64,000 bases of DNA from Rhodospirillales bacterium. Its GTDB lineage: Bacteria > Pseudomonadota > Alphaproteobacteria > Rhodospirillales > UBA2165. Where the stretch lies: assembly GCA_030745835.1 (NCBI GenBank), contig JASLNU010000010.1, positions 4,289 through 68,288 of the forward strand, in the 5' to 3' direction. The notes under the pieces are model-generated. The model was not told the origin of the DNA. It was given only the letters and a program-made list of their open reading frames with translations, and did no database searches. This document shows positions 47,584 to 57,496 of the stretch, piece by piece (positions within the stretch are counted from its first letter, which is position 1; the number at the start of each line of letters is the position of its first letter). The translations under genes and the position numbers were made by a program.

Positions 47584-48980
47584 CTAACGCCTCCCAGCCG
47601 CTGATCCAGAAACGCCGCTACCAGCCCGATATCGTTGGCCAGCGTTTCGTAGCGCTCCGGCCGCTCGAACAGATCGCCGAGCCGGGGCGGCAATTCGGGG
47701 TGGATGCCGGTGGCTTCCTCGACGGCGGCTGAAAACTTGGCCGGATGGGCGGTCGCCATGGCGATCACCGGCGTGCCCGCCGGCAATTCGGCCTGGCGCG
47801 CCGCCTCGACGCCGATCGCCGTGTGCGGGTCCACAAGCCGGCCGTTTGCCCGGTGCAAATCAGCAATGACCGCCTTGGTGGCGTTGTCGCCGAGGCGGTG
47901 GCCTTCGAACGTTTTGCGCATGGCGCGCCAGCGGCCCTTGCCGAAATTGGCCTTGCCGTTGCGCCGGAAGCGGTCCATCGCCTTGGCGACGGCGGCACCG
48001 TCGCGGCGGTAATGCTCGAACAAAAGCCGTTCGAAATTACTGGAAATCTGGATATCCATCGACGGGCTCAGGGTCGGCACGACGTCGCTGGTGGTCATCT
48101 CGCCGGTGCCGAAATAGCGGGTCAGGATATCGTTGGCGTTGGACCCGATGATCAGCTTTTCCACCGGCAGTCCCATGCGCATGGCTCCATAGGCGGCGAA
48201 CACATTGCCGAAATTACCGGTCGGCACGGCGAAGGCCACCCGGCGGTCGGGCGCGCCGAGGCTGACGGCGGTGGTGAAATAATAGACGATCTGCGCCATG
48301 ATGCGCGCCCAGTTGATCGAATTAACGGCGGAAAAATTGTGCCGCGCCGCCAGCGCTTTATCGGCGAACAGCGCCTTCACCATGTCCTGGCAATCGTCAA
48401 AGGTTCCCTCAATGGCGACGTTGTGGACATTATTCGAGGCGACCGTGGTCATTTGCCGACGCTGCACATCGGACACCCGGCCCTTGGGATGGAAAATGAA
48501 CATTTCAATGGCGTCGCGGTCGCGGCAGGCCTCGATGGCGGCCGAGCCGGTATCGCCCGAGGTGGCGCCGATGATGGTAACCCGCTGGCCGCGCTTTTTC
48601 AGCACGTGGTCGAACAGGCGCCCCACCAATTGCAGCGGATAGTCCTTGAAGGCCAGGGTCGGCCCATGGAATAGCTCGGCCAGCCATAGGCAATCGTCCA
48701 ACTGCACCAGCGGCGCGATAGCCGGATGCCTGAAACTTGCATAGGCGTCCTCGATCATGGCTTTGAACGCGTCTTCGTCCAGCCCGCCCTCGACATAGGG
48801 GCGCATGACTGCAAGCGCGATTTCCGTATAGCCGAGGCCGCCGAGGGCACGGATGTCCGCCTTGGCCAGGCGCGGCCAGGTTTCGGGCAGGTAAAGCCCG
48901 CCGTCACCGGCCAGCCCGGCCAGGAGAACGTCCTCGAATTCCAAAATCGGGGCTTGCCCGCGTGTGCTCACATAGCGCAC
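47580..48980 (-). CDS. thrC: Threonine synthase
   Basis: 466 aa with MRYVSTRG... and the PLP-lysine block PTLAFKD. GTG start at 48980. Confidence 0.92.
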   Translation of the reverse strand: MRYVSTRGQAPILEFEDVLLAGLAGDGGLYLPETWPRLAKADIRALGGLGYTEIALAVMRPYVEGGLDEDAFKAMIEDAYASFRHPAIAPLVQLDDCLWLAELFHGPTLAFKDYPLQLVGRLFDHVLKKRGQRVTIIGATSGDTGSAAIEACRDRDAIEMFIFHPKGRVSDVQRRQMTTVASNNVHNVAIEGTFDDCQDMVKALFADKALAARHNFSAVNSINWARIMAQIVYYFTTAVSLGAPDRRVAFAVPTGNFGNVFAAYGAMRMGLPVEKLIIGSNANDILTRYFGTGEMTTSDVVPTLSPSMDIQISSNFERLLFEHYRRDGAAVAKAMDRFRRNGKANFGKGRWRAMRKTFEGHRLGDNATKAVIADLHRANGRLVDPHTAIGVEAARQAELPAGTPVIAMATAHPAKFSAAVEEATGIHPELPPRLGDLFERPERYETLANDIGLVAAFLDQRLGGVR

Positions 48981-49009
48981 AGCTATTTCTCCGGACCAAT
49001 TCGGCGCTT

Positions 49010-49272
49010 ATACCAAGGTGCAGTGATAATAACCCATAGAGACGGCATACCAAGGTTTTCGGCAAGGAGCGCGCGGCGCGGCGATGCGGGACATCGGAAG
49101 ACGTGCGCGACGCTGTCCGAAAGCCTTGGTATGCCGCCGTTCCGGTCGCCCATGCGGCCCGCCGGAGGGCGTCAGAAACGCTTGCCGATACCCCGCATCG
49201 CCGGCGCGTTCCTTCCTACCCGGCGGACCGCATGGGCGATCTCTATGGGTCATTATCACTGCACCTTGGTAT
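49010..49272. repeat. Structured palindromic intergenic element, copy C (cleanest)
   Basis: Outer stem 49010-49042 / 49240-49272 (33 bp, 1 mismatch). Hairpin stems 49043-49062 / 49117-49136 and 49146-49165 / 49219-49238. Confidence 0.85.
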
Positions 49273-49341
49273 TAACCTATCTTGCGCCCGATGGCGCGAC
49301 AAGTCCCAGGAAAAGCCCGGGCAAGGCCTGGGTAAGTCAGG

Positions 49342-50841
49342 TTAACTCAAATAGCGCGCCGTCAGATGATCGAGGAAAATTTCGGGATCGAGCGGCGCGC
49401 CGGTGGCCCGCTCGGTCAATTCCGGCGTTTGCAGAAAAGCGCCAAGGGCGTGCACATTTTCGCCCAGCCAGGCATAGAGCGGCTTGAAATCACCACGGCC
49501 GATGGCGGCCGGGATGTCCGGGTTCGATACCACCGCGGCGCGGTAGAATTGCGCCGCCGCGATGGCGCCCATGGTGTAGCTGGGGAAATAGCCAAAGGCG
49601 CCGTCGAACCAGTGGATGTCCTGCATGCAGCCATCGGCGTCATTGTTTGGTTTGAGCCCTAGCAGCTTCTCCATGCCATCGTTCCAGGCGGCGGGCAGAT
49701 CATTAATCGGCAAATCGCCCGACAGCAATGCGCGCTCCAGTTCGGTGCGCAGGATGATATGCAAGGGATAAGTGGCTTCGTCGGCATCGACCCTGATCAG
49801 CCCCGGCGCCACGGCTGTGTAGATGCGATAGAGATTGTCGGCGCCCCAGGCCGGGCCGGCGCCGCCGAAGGCTTCGGCCAGGATCGGCGCGGCATGATCG
49901 ATGAAGGGGCGCGAGCGGCAGGCCTGCATCTCGATGATCAGCGATTGGCTTTCGTGGATATCCATGCCGCGCGCCTCGCCCACCGGCTGCAATCGCCACC
50001 TGGCGGGCAGGCCCTTTTCATAAAGCGCATGGCCGGTTTCGTGCAAGATGCCCATCAGGCCGGTGGCGAAATCGGCTTGGTCATAACGGGTGGTGATGCG
50101 CAGATCGTCGGGGGTGCCGCCGGAAAAGGGATGCAGGCTGGTATCGAGCCGGCCCTGGCCGAAATCAAAACCAAGAACTTTCATGAAGCGGACGCCGACT
50201 TCGCGCTGCGTCGCCTCGGCGAACGGACCCTCGGGCAGGACCGGCGCCGGCTCGCGCGCCTGGCGCTCCAGCACTTGATTGATGAATTCCGGCAGGTGAT
50301 CGGCCAGGCGGGCGAACACCCGGTCCACCATGCCGGCGCTGATGCCCGGCGAATACTGATCGAGAAGTGCATCATAAGGCGCGCAATCGAGGGCTTCGGC
50401 CTTGGCGGCGGCGGCCTCCCGCTCCAGCCGCAGAACCTCGGCCAACAGTTTCGAGACCGATGCGAAATCCGATTTGGGGCGCGCTTCGCGCCATTTCATC
50501 TCACATGCCATGGATGCCTTAGAGCGGGCTTCGACGAGATCGGTCGGCAGCGCCGTTGCATGCGCCCAGATGCGCCGCATCTCGCGCAAGTTGGCCGCCG
50601 GCCAGGGATCGAGGCCGCCCTTGTATTTGGCGTCTTCCTCGGCGCCATCGAGCAACTCTCCGGTTTCCGGCTGGCACAGAATTTCGTGCCGTACCGAGGC
50701 CAGGACGGCGATCTGTTCGCCGCGCGCCTTGGCGCCGCCGGGCGGCATCATTACCGATGCATCCCAATGCAGCATGCCGGCGGCCTGGCCAATGGCGGAC
50801 AAGCGCCGGAAGCGGGCCTCAAGCTCAAGGTAAGGGGTCAT
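49342..50841 (-). CDS. M32 family carboxypeptidase (Taq-like)
   Basis: HEXXH in HETGHALY, and IRVDADEATY. Start placed at ATG 50841 (MTPYLELEARF); the ORF track begins at 51021. Confidence 0.9.
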   Translation of the reverse strand: MTPYLELEARFRRLSAIGQAAGMLHWDASVMMPPGGAKARGEQIAVLASVRHEILCQPETGELLDGAEEDAKYKGGLDPWPAANLREMRRIWAHATALPTDLVEARSKASMACEMKWREARPKSDFASVSKLLAEVLRLEREAAAAKAEALDCAPYDALLDQYSPGISAGMVDRVFARLADHLPEFINQVLERQAREPAPVLPEGPFAEATQREVGVRFMKVLGFDFGQGRLDTSLHPFSGGTPDDLRITTRYDQADFATGLMGILHETGHALYEKGLPARWRLQPVGEARGMDIHESQSLIIEMQACRSRPFIDHAAPILAEAFGGAGPAWGADNLYRIYTAVAPGLIRVDADEATYPLHIILRTELERALLSGDLPINDLPAAWNDGMEKLLGLKPNNDADGCMQDIHWFDGAFGYFPSYTMGAIAAAQFYRAAVVSNPDIPAAIGRGDFKPLYAWLGENVHALGAFLQTPELTERATGAPLDPEIFLDHLTARYLS

Positions 50842-50860
50842 GCCGCGGAAGCGAGCCTTT

Positions 50861-51817
50861 TCAGGCGAAATAAGGCGCGATGAAATGATCGCCGAGCAGT
50901 ACCAGGAAGATGAAAAACAGATGCAGGATCGAATAGCGGAACATGCGCCTCGGCGTTTCGAAATCGTCGCAGCGGTAAACCCGGACCGCGTGGTAAATGA
51001 ACCAGAGGCTGAGCGCCGCAAGTATGGCGCCGCCGGCCAGGCTGGTCATGCCGACCAAGGCGGGCGCCACCACCACCGGGCTCAAGATAATCGTATAGGC
51101 CAGTATTTGCTTCTTGGTGCTGCCCTCGCCGGAGACCACCGGCAGCATGGGAACGCCGGCCCGTTCGTAGTCGCCCGACCGGTACAGCGCCAGCGCCCAG
51201 AAATGGGGCGGCGTCCACAGAAAGATGATGGCGAATAGAAGAATAGGTTCGATCGAGATGCCGCCGGTCGCGGCCGCCCAGCCGATCATCGGCGGCAGCG
51301 CCCCCGAGGCGCCGCCGATGACAATATTCTGCGGTGTCCGCCGCTTCAGCCAGATGGTGTAGATGAATACGTAGAAGGCGATGGTCACGGTCAGCAACAG
51401 GGCCGCCATCATATTGACCCAGTAGGCCATGACGCCGACCGACAGCACCGACAGCACGATTCCAAGCCACAGCGCCTGCACCGGATGCAGGCGGCCGGCG
51501 GGCAGGGGCCTGTCCATGGTGCGCTCCATGCGGCCGTCGATATCGCGGTCGTACCACATGTTAATGGCGCCCGATGCGCCGGCGCCGACGGCGATGGCGA
51601 TGATGGCGATCAGTGCCGTCGCCGGGTCCAGGCTGCCCGGCGCCAGAAGCAGCCCGGCGAACCCGGTGAACAGTACCAGGGACATGACCCGGGGCTTCAA
51701 TAGAAGGGCGTAATCGACCAGGCGTTTGTGACCGCCGGCAAGGGCGGGTTCGGCCGCCGGCGCGGCGTTCCGGTCACGCGCCTCGGGCGTGGATATATCG
51801 GTGGCGTGTTCGGTCAT
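50861..51817 (-). CDS. ctaB: Protoheme IX farnesyltransferase (heme O synthase)
   Basis: 318 aa UbiA-family protein with blocks [10 protein letters not shown] and NMWYDRDID. Confidence 0.9.
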   Translation of the reverse strand: MTEHATDISTPEARDRNAAPAAEPALAGGHKRLVDYALLLKPRVMSLVLFTGFAGLLLAPGSLDPATALIAIIAIAVGAGASGAINMWYDRDIDGRMERTMDRPLPAGRLHPVQALWLGIVLSVLSVGVMAYWVNMMAALLLTVTIAFYVFIYTIWLKRRTPQNIVIGGASGALPPMIGWAAATGGISIEPILLFAIIFLWTPPHFWALALYRSGDYERAGVPMLPVVSGEGSTKKQILAYTIILSPVVVAPALVGMTSLAGGAILAALSLWFIYHAVRVYRCDDFETPRRMFRYSILHLFFIFLVLLGDHFIAPYFA

Positions 51818-51865
51818 ATCGGCGTTGATATTACCCTTAAGCGCAAGCTGGTGATATGCGCAAGA

Positions 51866-53230
51866 TCAATTTTCGTCCTCGAATTCTTGAAATAAGGCCA
51901 TCAGCACCAAAATTACAAACGCCGCGGTGGCGATGATCGCCATGGCCAGGCCCAAATCCCTTAAACCGATGGCCGCGACGGCGGCGAAACTGTCCATTTC
52001 CAGGCCGGCGCCCATGGTTTTGCGCGCCGCTCCCATGCCGCCGGCGATGAACATGCCGCCGACGAAAAGCGCCTGACCGACGGCATAGAGGATGAGTTGC
52101 CCCCTGACCAGTCTGGGATAACGCGGGACGCGGCCCAAGGCGGGCAGAAACCATGCATAGAACAGCCCGTAAAAAGCCAGGTTGATGCCGCCGATGACGC
52201 CGTGGTAGTGGGCCGGCGTGCGCGTATCGGCGCCATCGACGAAAAATCCGAGACCGCCGCCAAGGGCGAACACCGCCGCCGCCAGGACCAGCGCCAGGAC
52301 ATCGGGCTTGGAAAAATCCGCCCCGGCCCACTGGCCGCGCGCCAGATACGCGCCGGCGGCGACGATCAGGGCCGGTACGGCCATCAGGTACTGCAAATCG
52401 GAGAAAGCAATGGTGTGCGCGTCGGTGCCCGCCGGAAAGGCGCCATAGAAGGCCAGCCCGGCGGCGGCGCCCAGGAACAACACAGCCATGGCGGCATTGA
52501 GGAATGCCGGCGCCGCCAGCATGGCGCCGAGGCCCGACCGCGACAACAGGTTGAGCGCCAGGATCAAGAGCGCCATGTTGAGGAATTGAAGGATATGGCC
52601 ACCGCCCCAAAATAGGGTTTCGTTATAGCCGTGATCGACCGGCGCGGCGCCGATTTGAAAAAAGGCCAGCATGAACGCCGCCAGCGCGCCGATATAAATC
52701 AGACCGACCGACACCAGTGCCATGCCGTCGGCGGCGGCGCCCCCGGAATCCCTTGTCGCCTTGCGCCGCAATTTGCCCAGCATTCCGGTGACCGGAATCA
52801 ATACGCCGGCGCCGAGGCAGCCGAGGCCGGTATAGAACAGGGGATCGATGATTGCCGGGATATAGTTGTTCAGCGTCGGCTCGCCCCGCTGCAGGACCAC
52901 CGGCACCATGATCAAAACCGTGCCACCGACGGCGAGGGCCAGGCCGACGGCGTCCAGGGGATGGTTCTCAGGCCCGCCGCCAGCATCGGGGGTCAATTGC
53001 GCCATGAACCCGAGGACCGCCAAAAACCAAACCACAAAGGAAAGGACCACGTGCGCCACCAGGCCTTTCTGGAAGAACTGCTCGGGCCAGGCGACGGCGT
53101 TTTCCAGGAACGGTATTTTCGACAGCACCGGGATGATCAGGGCCAGTCCGGCGAAGGCCAGGGATAGAATCGCCAGCATCGCCCATCCCCAAAGGATGGC
53201 GCGGGCCGGGCCGGGCGGTAGCGCCTTCAT
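51866..53230 (-). CDS. Divergent heme-copper oxidase subunit I-like membrane protein
   Basis: 454 aa polytopic protein. It aligns by eye to the ctaD product in this window: LVAHVVLSFVVWF vs [24 protein letters not shown] vs [20 protein letters not shown] vs VAHFHYVLS. The HH pair of helix VII is not conserved. Confidence 0.65.
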   Translation of the reverse strand: MKALPPGPARAILWGWAMLAILSLAFAGLALIIPVLSKIPFLENAVAWPEQFFQKGLVAHVVLSFVVWFLAVLGFMAQLTPDAGGGPENHPLDAVGLALAVGGTVLIMVPVVLQRGEPTLNNYIPAIIDPLFYTGLGCLGAGVLIPVTGMLGKLRRKATRDSGGAAADGMALVSVGLIYIGALAAFMLAFFQIGAAPVDHGYNETLFWGGGHILQFLNMALLILALNLLSRSGLGAMLAAPAFLNAAMAVLFLGAAAGLAFYGAFPAGTDAHTIAFSDLQYLMAVPALIVAAGAYLARGQWAGADFSKPDVLALVLAAAVFALGGGLGFFVDGADTRTPAHYHGVIGGINLAFYGLFYAWFLPALGRVPRYPRLVRGQLILYAVGQALFVGGMFIAGGMGAARKTMGAGLEMDSFAAVAAIGLRDLGLAMAIIATAAFVILVLMALFQEFEDEN

Positions 53231-53231
53231 G

Positions 53232-53675
53232 TCAGGAAAGCCCCGCCGTTGCCGCCGGATAAAGCTGATACAGCATCAGGTAAACCAATATTCCGGTGAC
53301 CGAAACATAGATCCACACCGGCCAGGTCCAGCGGGCGATGCGCCGGTGCGCATCGAACCGCCCGGTCAATGCGCGCACCAGGGTGAAACCGGCCAGCGGC
53401 ACGATGGCCATGGCCAGCACGACGTGGCTGACCAGGACCACATAGTAAAATACGCGGATCGCGCCGTCGCCTTGGAAGACGAAAATAGGGGCGTAAAATC
53501 GCAAGCTCACATAGCTGATCAGGAACAGGCCCGAGATGACGGCGGCGGTGATCATCGCGGCGCGGTGGGCGCGGCGCGCACCCAGCCGGATGAAGACGAA
53601 TCCGGCAATCAGGAAACAGGCGGCGGCGGCATTGAGGGCGGCGTTCAAATGCGGCAGAACGGCGATGGCATTCAT
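53232..53675 (-). CDS. DUF420 domain membrane protein (CtaM-like)
   Basis: 147 aa, 4 TM. The N-terminus LPHLNAALNAAAACFLIAGFVFIR is typical of DUF420. Confidence 0.8.
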   Translation of the reverse strand: MNAIAVLPHLNAALNAAAACFLIAGFVFIRLGARRAHRAAMITAAVISGLFLISYVSLRFYAPIFVFQGDGAIRVFYYVVLVSHVVLAMAIVPLAGFTLVRALTGRFDAHRRIARWTWPVWIYVSVTGILVYLMLYQLYPAATAGLS

Positions 53676-53733
53676 TTATCGGGTCCGTTGGTCGGGTACG
53701 AATCCTCGTACCAATCCTGGGGCCGCGTCGAAA

Positions 53734-53832
53734 CTAACCAATGCCGAATTTGACGATGGTGGCGGCGTACATGACGATGGCGGCAAGCACCAAGACCACA
53801 ACAAAAAGGAGATTTCTTTTTCGCGGTGTCAT
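53734..53832 (-). CDS. Possible 32-aa single-TM protein in the oxidase cluster
   Basis: Not in the ORF track. Translation from ATG 53832: MTPRKRNLLFVVVLVLAAIVMYAATIVKFGIG (basic N-terminus plus one TM). No clear SD sequence. Confidence 0.4.
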   Translation of the reverse strand: MTPRKRNLLFVVVLVLAAIVMYAATIVKFGIG

Positions 53833-54078
53833 GGTTTCGATCGAAAATACTCCGGAATCGAGCGTCGCCAGACCCATTCCATTCGGGCGGGGCCGGGCAA
53901 AATAGCGGCATGCGCCCGTTTAGCACTCGGACGAGCGGTCCGCAACCGCCGAAATCATGGACGGCACCCGGGTTGGGGTCCGATAAAGCGATTGAAAATT
54001 ATTATCAATTTCCCTTGGAAACCTGCCAAAAAATACCCAATTTGTTTGGTGGCAGCGCTTTACCAAGGGTGCGAATTC

Positions 54079-54106
54079 TTGTATAGGACCTTTTCATAAC
54101 TAAAAT
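54079..54106 (+). promoter_or_regulatory. Putative sigma70-type promoter upstream of coxB
   Basis: TTGTAT (54079-54084), 16-nt spacer, TAAAAT (54101-54106). About 118 nt upstream of ATG 54224. Confidence 0.25.
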
Positions 54107-54223
54107 AATGATAATTCGCTGTTCATATTTCGAAGCTATTTCGCAGCCGGACCATCCCGCCTAGCACCTTGTAACCAAATCATCAGCCCGGACCGTCGGG
54201 CTTGGGGGTAAGGAAAGTAAACG

Positions 54224-55081
54224 ATGACCAAAAGCTCATGGATTATATCTCTTTTCGTATTCGCCGCCGCCTTGTTCGCGGCCCAGGCGGTTGCGCTGGC
54301 CGCCGGCCCGCAACCCTGGCAGATGAATTTTCAGGAAGCGGCAACGCCGGTCATGGAAGATATCATCGACTTCCATAACCTGTTGCTGGTGATCGAAACG
54401 ATCATCGTTCTTTTTGTCCTCGGGCTGATGCTCATCATCATCGTCAAGTTCAATTCGAAGGCCAATCCGACACCGTCCAAGACCACCCATCACACCGCGC
54501 TCGAGGTTGTCTGGACGGTGGTGCCGATCATCATTCTGATCGTCATCGCGGTTCCATCCATGAAGCTGCTGTTTTTCCAAGACAAGGCCAAGAATCCCGA
54601 AATGACGCTCAAGATTATCGGCCACCAATGGTTCTGGTCCTATCAGTATCCGGACAACGGCAATTTCGAGTTCGACAGCAACATCGTTCCCGACGACGAG
54701 ATCAAGGACGGTCAAGTGCGTCTTTTGGAAGTCGACGAGCGCGTGGTCCTGCCGGTTAATACGGAAATCCGCCTGTTGATGACTTCCGATGACGTGATCC
54801 ATAACTGGGCGATGCCGGCTTTCGGCGTCAAGTTGGACACGGTTCCGGGCCGCACTAACGAAACCTGGATCAAGGTTACCAAAACCGGCACCTATTACGG
54901 CATGTGCTCGGAACTCTGCGGCGTCAACCACGGTTTCATGCCGGTCAGGGTCGACGTGGTTTCGAAGGCGGATTTCGCCAAATGGGCCACCGCCGCCAAG
55001 GTTAAATACGCGCAAAATGATGAAACGCCCGGAACGGACAAGCCGATCAAGGTTGTCCAGGCCGGCGCCGCCGCCCGCTAG
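54224..55081 (+). CDS. coxB: Cytochrome c oxidase subunit II
   Basis: CuA site CSELCGVNHGFMP, with a signal peptide plus 2 TM. Confidence 0.95.
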   Translation: MTKSSWIISLFVFAAALFAAQAVALAAGPQPWQMNFQEAATPVMEDIIDFHNLLLVIETIIVLFVLGLMLIIIVKFNSKANPTPSKTTHHTALEVVWTVVPIIILIVIAVPSMKLLFFQDKAKNPEMTLKIIGHQWFWSYQYPDNGNFEFDSNIVPDDEIKDGQVRLLEVDERVVLPVNTEIRLLMTSDDVIHNWAMPAFGVKLDTVPGRTNETWIKVTKTGTYYGMCSELCGVNHGFMPVRVDVVSKADFAKWATAAKVKYAQNDETPGTDKPIKVVQAGAAAR

Positions 55082-55114
55082 GCCGGTTGATCAAGGATTG
55101 GAGAGGTAAGGAAT

Positions 55115-56728
55115 ATGTCTGATACGGCACACGCGGACGCTCACGGCGATCACCATCACACCCCGAGCGGCTGGAAACGGTGGGTCTATTCCACCAACCA
55201 TAAGGATATCGGCACCCTCTATATCGCCATCGCCGTTATTTCGGCGATTGTCGGCGGCGGCATGTCGGGATTGATCCGCATGGAACTGACCTCGCCCGGC
55301 ATCCAATATATCGAGGATTTCCAGTTCTATAACATGCTGGTGACGGCGCATGGCTTCGTTATGGTGTTCTTCGTCGTCATGCCCGCCTTGATCGGCGGTT
55401 TCGGCAACTGGTTCGTGCCGCTGATGATCGGCACCCCCGACATGGCCTTCCCGCGCATGAACAATGTCAGCTTCTGGCTGCTGGTAGCTGGCTTGGTGTT
55501 GTTGGTCACCTCGATCTTCATCGCTGGCGGCGTGGGCACCGGCTGGACCGTTTATCCGCCATTGTCCAATGCCGACTTCCATCCCGGCGCGGCCGTCGAT
55601 TTCGGTATCCTCAGCCTGCATCTGGCCGGCGCCTCGTCGATCCTCGGCGCAATCAATTTTATCACCACCATCCTCAACATGCGTGCCCCGGGCATGACCC
55701 TGCACCGCATGCCACTGTTCGTATGGGCGATCCTGGTAACCGCGTTCCTGCTGTTGCTGGCCATTCCGGTTCTGGCCGGTGCGCTGACCATGCTGCTGAC
55801 CGACCGCAATTTCGGCACCGCCTTCTTCGATCCCTCGGCCGGCGGCGATCCCATATTTTGGCAGCATCTTTTCTGGTTCTTCGGACACCCGGAAGTCTAT
55901 ATCATGATCATTCCCGCCTTCGGCGTGATCAGCGAGATCGTGTCCACCTTCTCGAAAAAACCGATCTTCGGTTATCTGGGCATGGCCTATGCGATGGCGG
56001 CCATCGGCTTTGTCGGCTTCATCGTCTGGGCGCACCACATGTATACGTCGGGCCTGAACGTCGAAACACGCGCCTATTTTGTCCTCGCCACGATGGTCAT
56101 CGCGGTGCCCACCGGCGTCAAAATCTTCAGTTGGCTGGCGACCATGTGGGGCGGCTCGATCGAATTCAAGACACCGATGCTGTACGCCATGGGCTTCATC
56201 TTCCTGTTCGTGGTCGGCGGCGTCACCGGCATCACATTGTCCAACGCCGGCTCGGACCTGGCCTTCCACGACACCTATTTCGTGGTCGCCCACTTCCACT
56301 ATGTGCTGTCCATCGCGGCGGTCTTCGCCATGTTCGCCGGCTTTTTTTACTGGATCGGCAAGATGTCGGGGCGGCAATATTCGGAAGCCGCCGGCCGGGC
56401 GCAGTTCTGGGTTACCTTTATCGGCGCCAATCTGTTGTTCTTCCCGCAGCACTTCCTCGGCATGGCCGGGATGCCGCGCCGTATTCCAGATTATCCGGAC
56501 GCCTATGCCGGCTGGAACATGGTGAGCAGCATCGGCGGTGCCGTTACCCTGATTGGTACGCTGATGTTCTTCTGGATCCTCTACCGGACCTTTACCTCGG
56601 GCGAAAAAGCCGCGGCCAATCCGTGGGGCGAGGGAGCGACGACCCTGGAATGGGCCGTCGATTCGCCGGCGCCGTTCCACACCCATGAGGTGCTGCCGGA
56701 CGTCGGTTCCCAGCAGCCGGCCGAATAA
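55115..56728 (+). CDS. ctaD: Cytochrome c oxidase subunit I
   Basis: 537 aa with [16 protein letters not shown] and AHFHYVLS. Confidence 0.97.
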   Translation: MSDTAHADAHGDHHHTPSGWKRWVYSTNHKDIGTLYIAIAVISAIVGGGMSGLIRMELTSPGIQYIEDFQFYNMLVTAHGFVMVFFVVMPALIGGFGNWFVPLMIGTPDMAFPRMNNVSFWLLVAGLVLLVTSIFIAGGVGTGWTVYPPLSNADFHPGAAVDFGILSLHLAGASSILGAINFITTILNMRAPGMTLHRMPLFVWAILVTAFLLLLAIPVLAGALTMLLTDRNFGTAFFDPSAGGDPIFWQHLFWFFGHPEVYIMIIPAFGVISEIVSTFSKKPIFGYLGMAYAMAAIGFVGFIVWAHHMYTSGLNVETRAYFVLATMVIAVPTGVKIFSWLATMWGGSIEFKTPMLYAMGFIFLFVVGGVTGITLSNAGSDLAFHDTYFVVAHFHYVLSIAAVFAMFAGFFYWIGKMSGRQYSEAAGRAQFWVTFIGANLLFFPQHFLGMAGMPRRIPDYPDAYAGWNMVSSIGGAVTLIGTLMFFWILYRTFTSGEKAAANPWGEGATTLEWAVDSPAPFHTHEVLPDVGSQQPAE

Positions 56729-56738
56729 GGGGTTCGGG

Positions 56739-57410
56739 ATGAACGCAGGCAACCGGAATATGGCCCAAGCCGGCACGCGGCGGCGGAGTAGCCCGCCCCG
56801 CCGGACCGGAGCGACGGCCATCGCCCTTGTCGGCCTGGTCGCCGGCATGGGCGCTCTGGTGGCGGCGGCCGAACCGATGTACCGGGCGTTCTGCCAGATA
56901 ACCGGTTATGGCGGTGCGACGCGCATCGCCGATGCCGTAAAAGCCGACCCCGAAGCGGCATCCCAGGTGGCGCGATATGTGACCGTGCGCTTCGATGCCA
57001 ACACCAACCACAATCTTCCCTGGCGGTTCCGTCCCGTCCGCAAAGAGATCAAGGTGCGTTTGGGCGAACAAGTGCTGGCCCATTTCGAAGCCACCAACAT
57101 TTCCGATCGGACCATCGTCGGGACCGCCACATTCAACGTGACCCCGTACAAGACGGCGACCTATTTCAACAAGATCGATTGCTTCTGCTTTACCGAACAG
57201 GTCTTGCGCCCCGGTCAAAGCGCGCAAATGCCGGTGACGTTTTTTGTCGATCCCGAGATGCTGAAGGACAAGCATGCCAGGGACGAAAAGACGATCACCC
57301 TGTCCTACACCTTTTACGCCGATCAGGATCAAAGCGCGGCCCAAAGCGCGGCCAAGGCGGACCGGCGCACCGAAATCGAAGCGGGCAAGGCGTCCGATTG
57401 GAAGGGATAA
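56739..57410 (+). CDS. ctaG: Cytochrome c oxidase assembly protein CtaG/Cox11
   Basis: Cox11 copper motif CFCF in KIDCFCFTEQ. Start at ATG 56739. Confidence 0.9.
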   Translation: MNAGNRNMAQAGTRRRSSPPRRTGATAIALVGLVAGMGALVAAAEPMYRAFCQITGYGGATRIADAVKADPEAASQVARYVTVRFDANTNHNLPWRFRPVRKEIKVRLGEQVLAHFEATNISDRTIVGTATFNVTPYKTATYFNKIDCFCFTEQVLRPGQSAQMPVTFFVDPEMLKDKHARDEKTITLSYTFYADQDQSAAQSAAKADRRTEIEAGKASDWKG

Positions 57411-57496
57411 CGGACCGGTCCCTCGGGCGCCGGTGGGAATAATTGATCGAAACAGTGAAAGTGACTTAACCTAGCCATTCGTGAGGAATATTAGAT

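Noticed and set aside
27821-49272. Whether the repeated elements or the 401-620 array could be CRISPR
   Set aside because: There are no short (25-40 bp) regularly spaced identical repeats with unique spacers, and no cas genes. The repeats are palindromic composite elements or degenerate tandem units.
55091-56848. 585-aa minus-strand ORF
   Set aside because: It lies antisense to ctaD, whose product is unmistakable, and has a low-complexity Arg/Gly/His/Asp composition.
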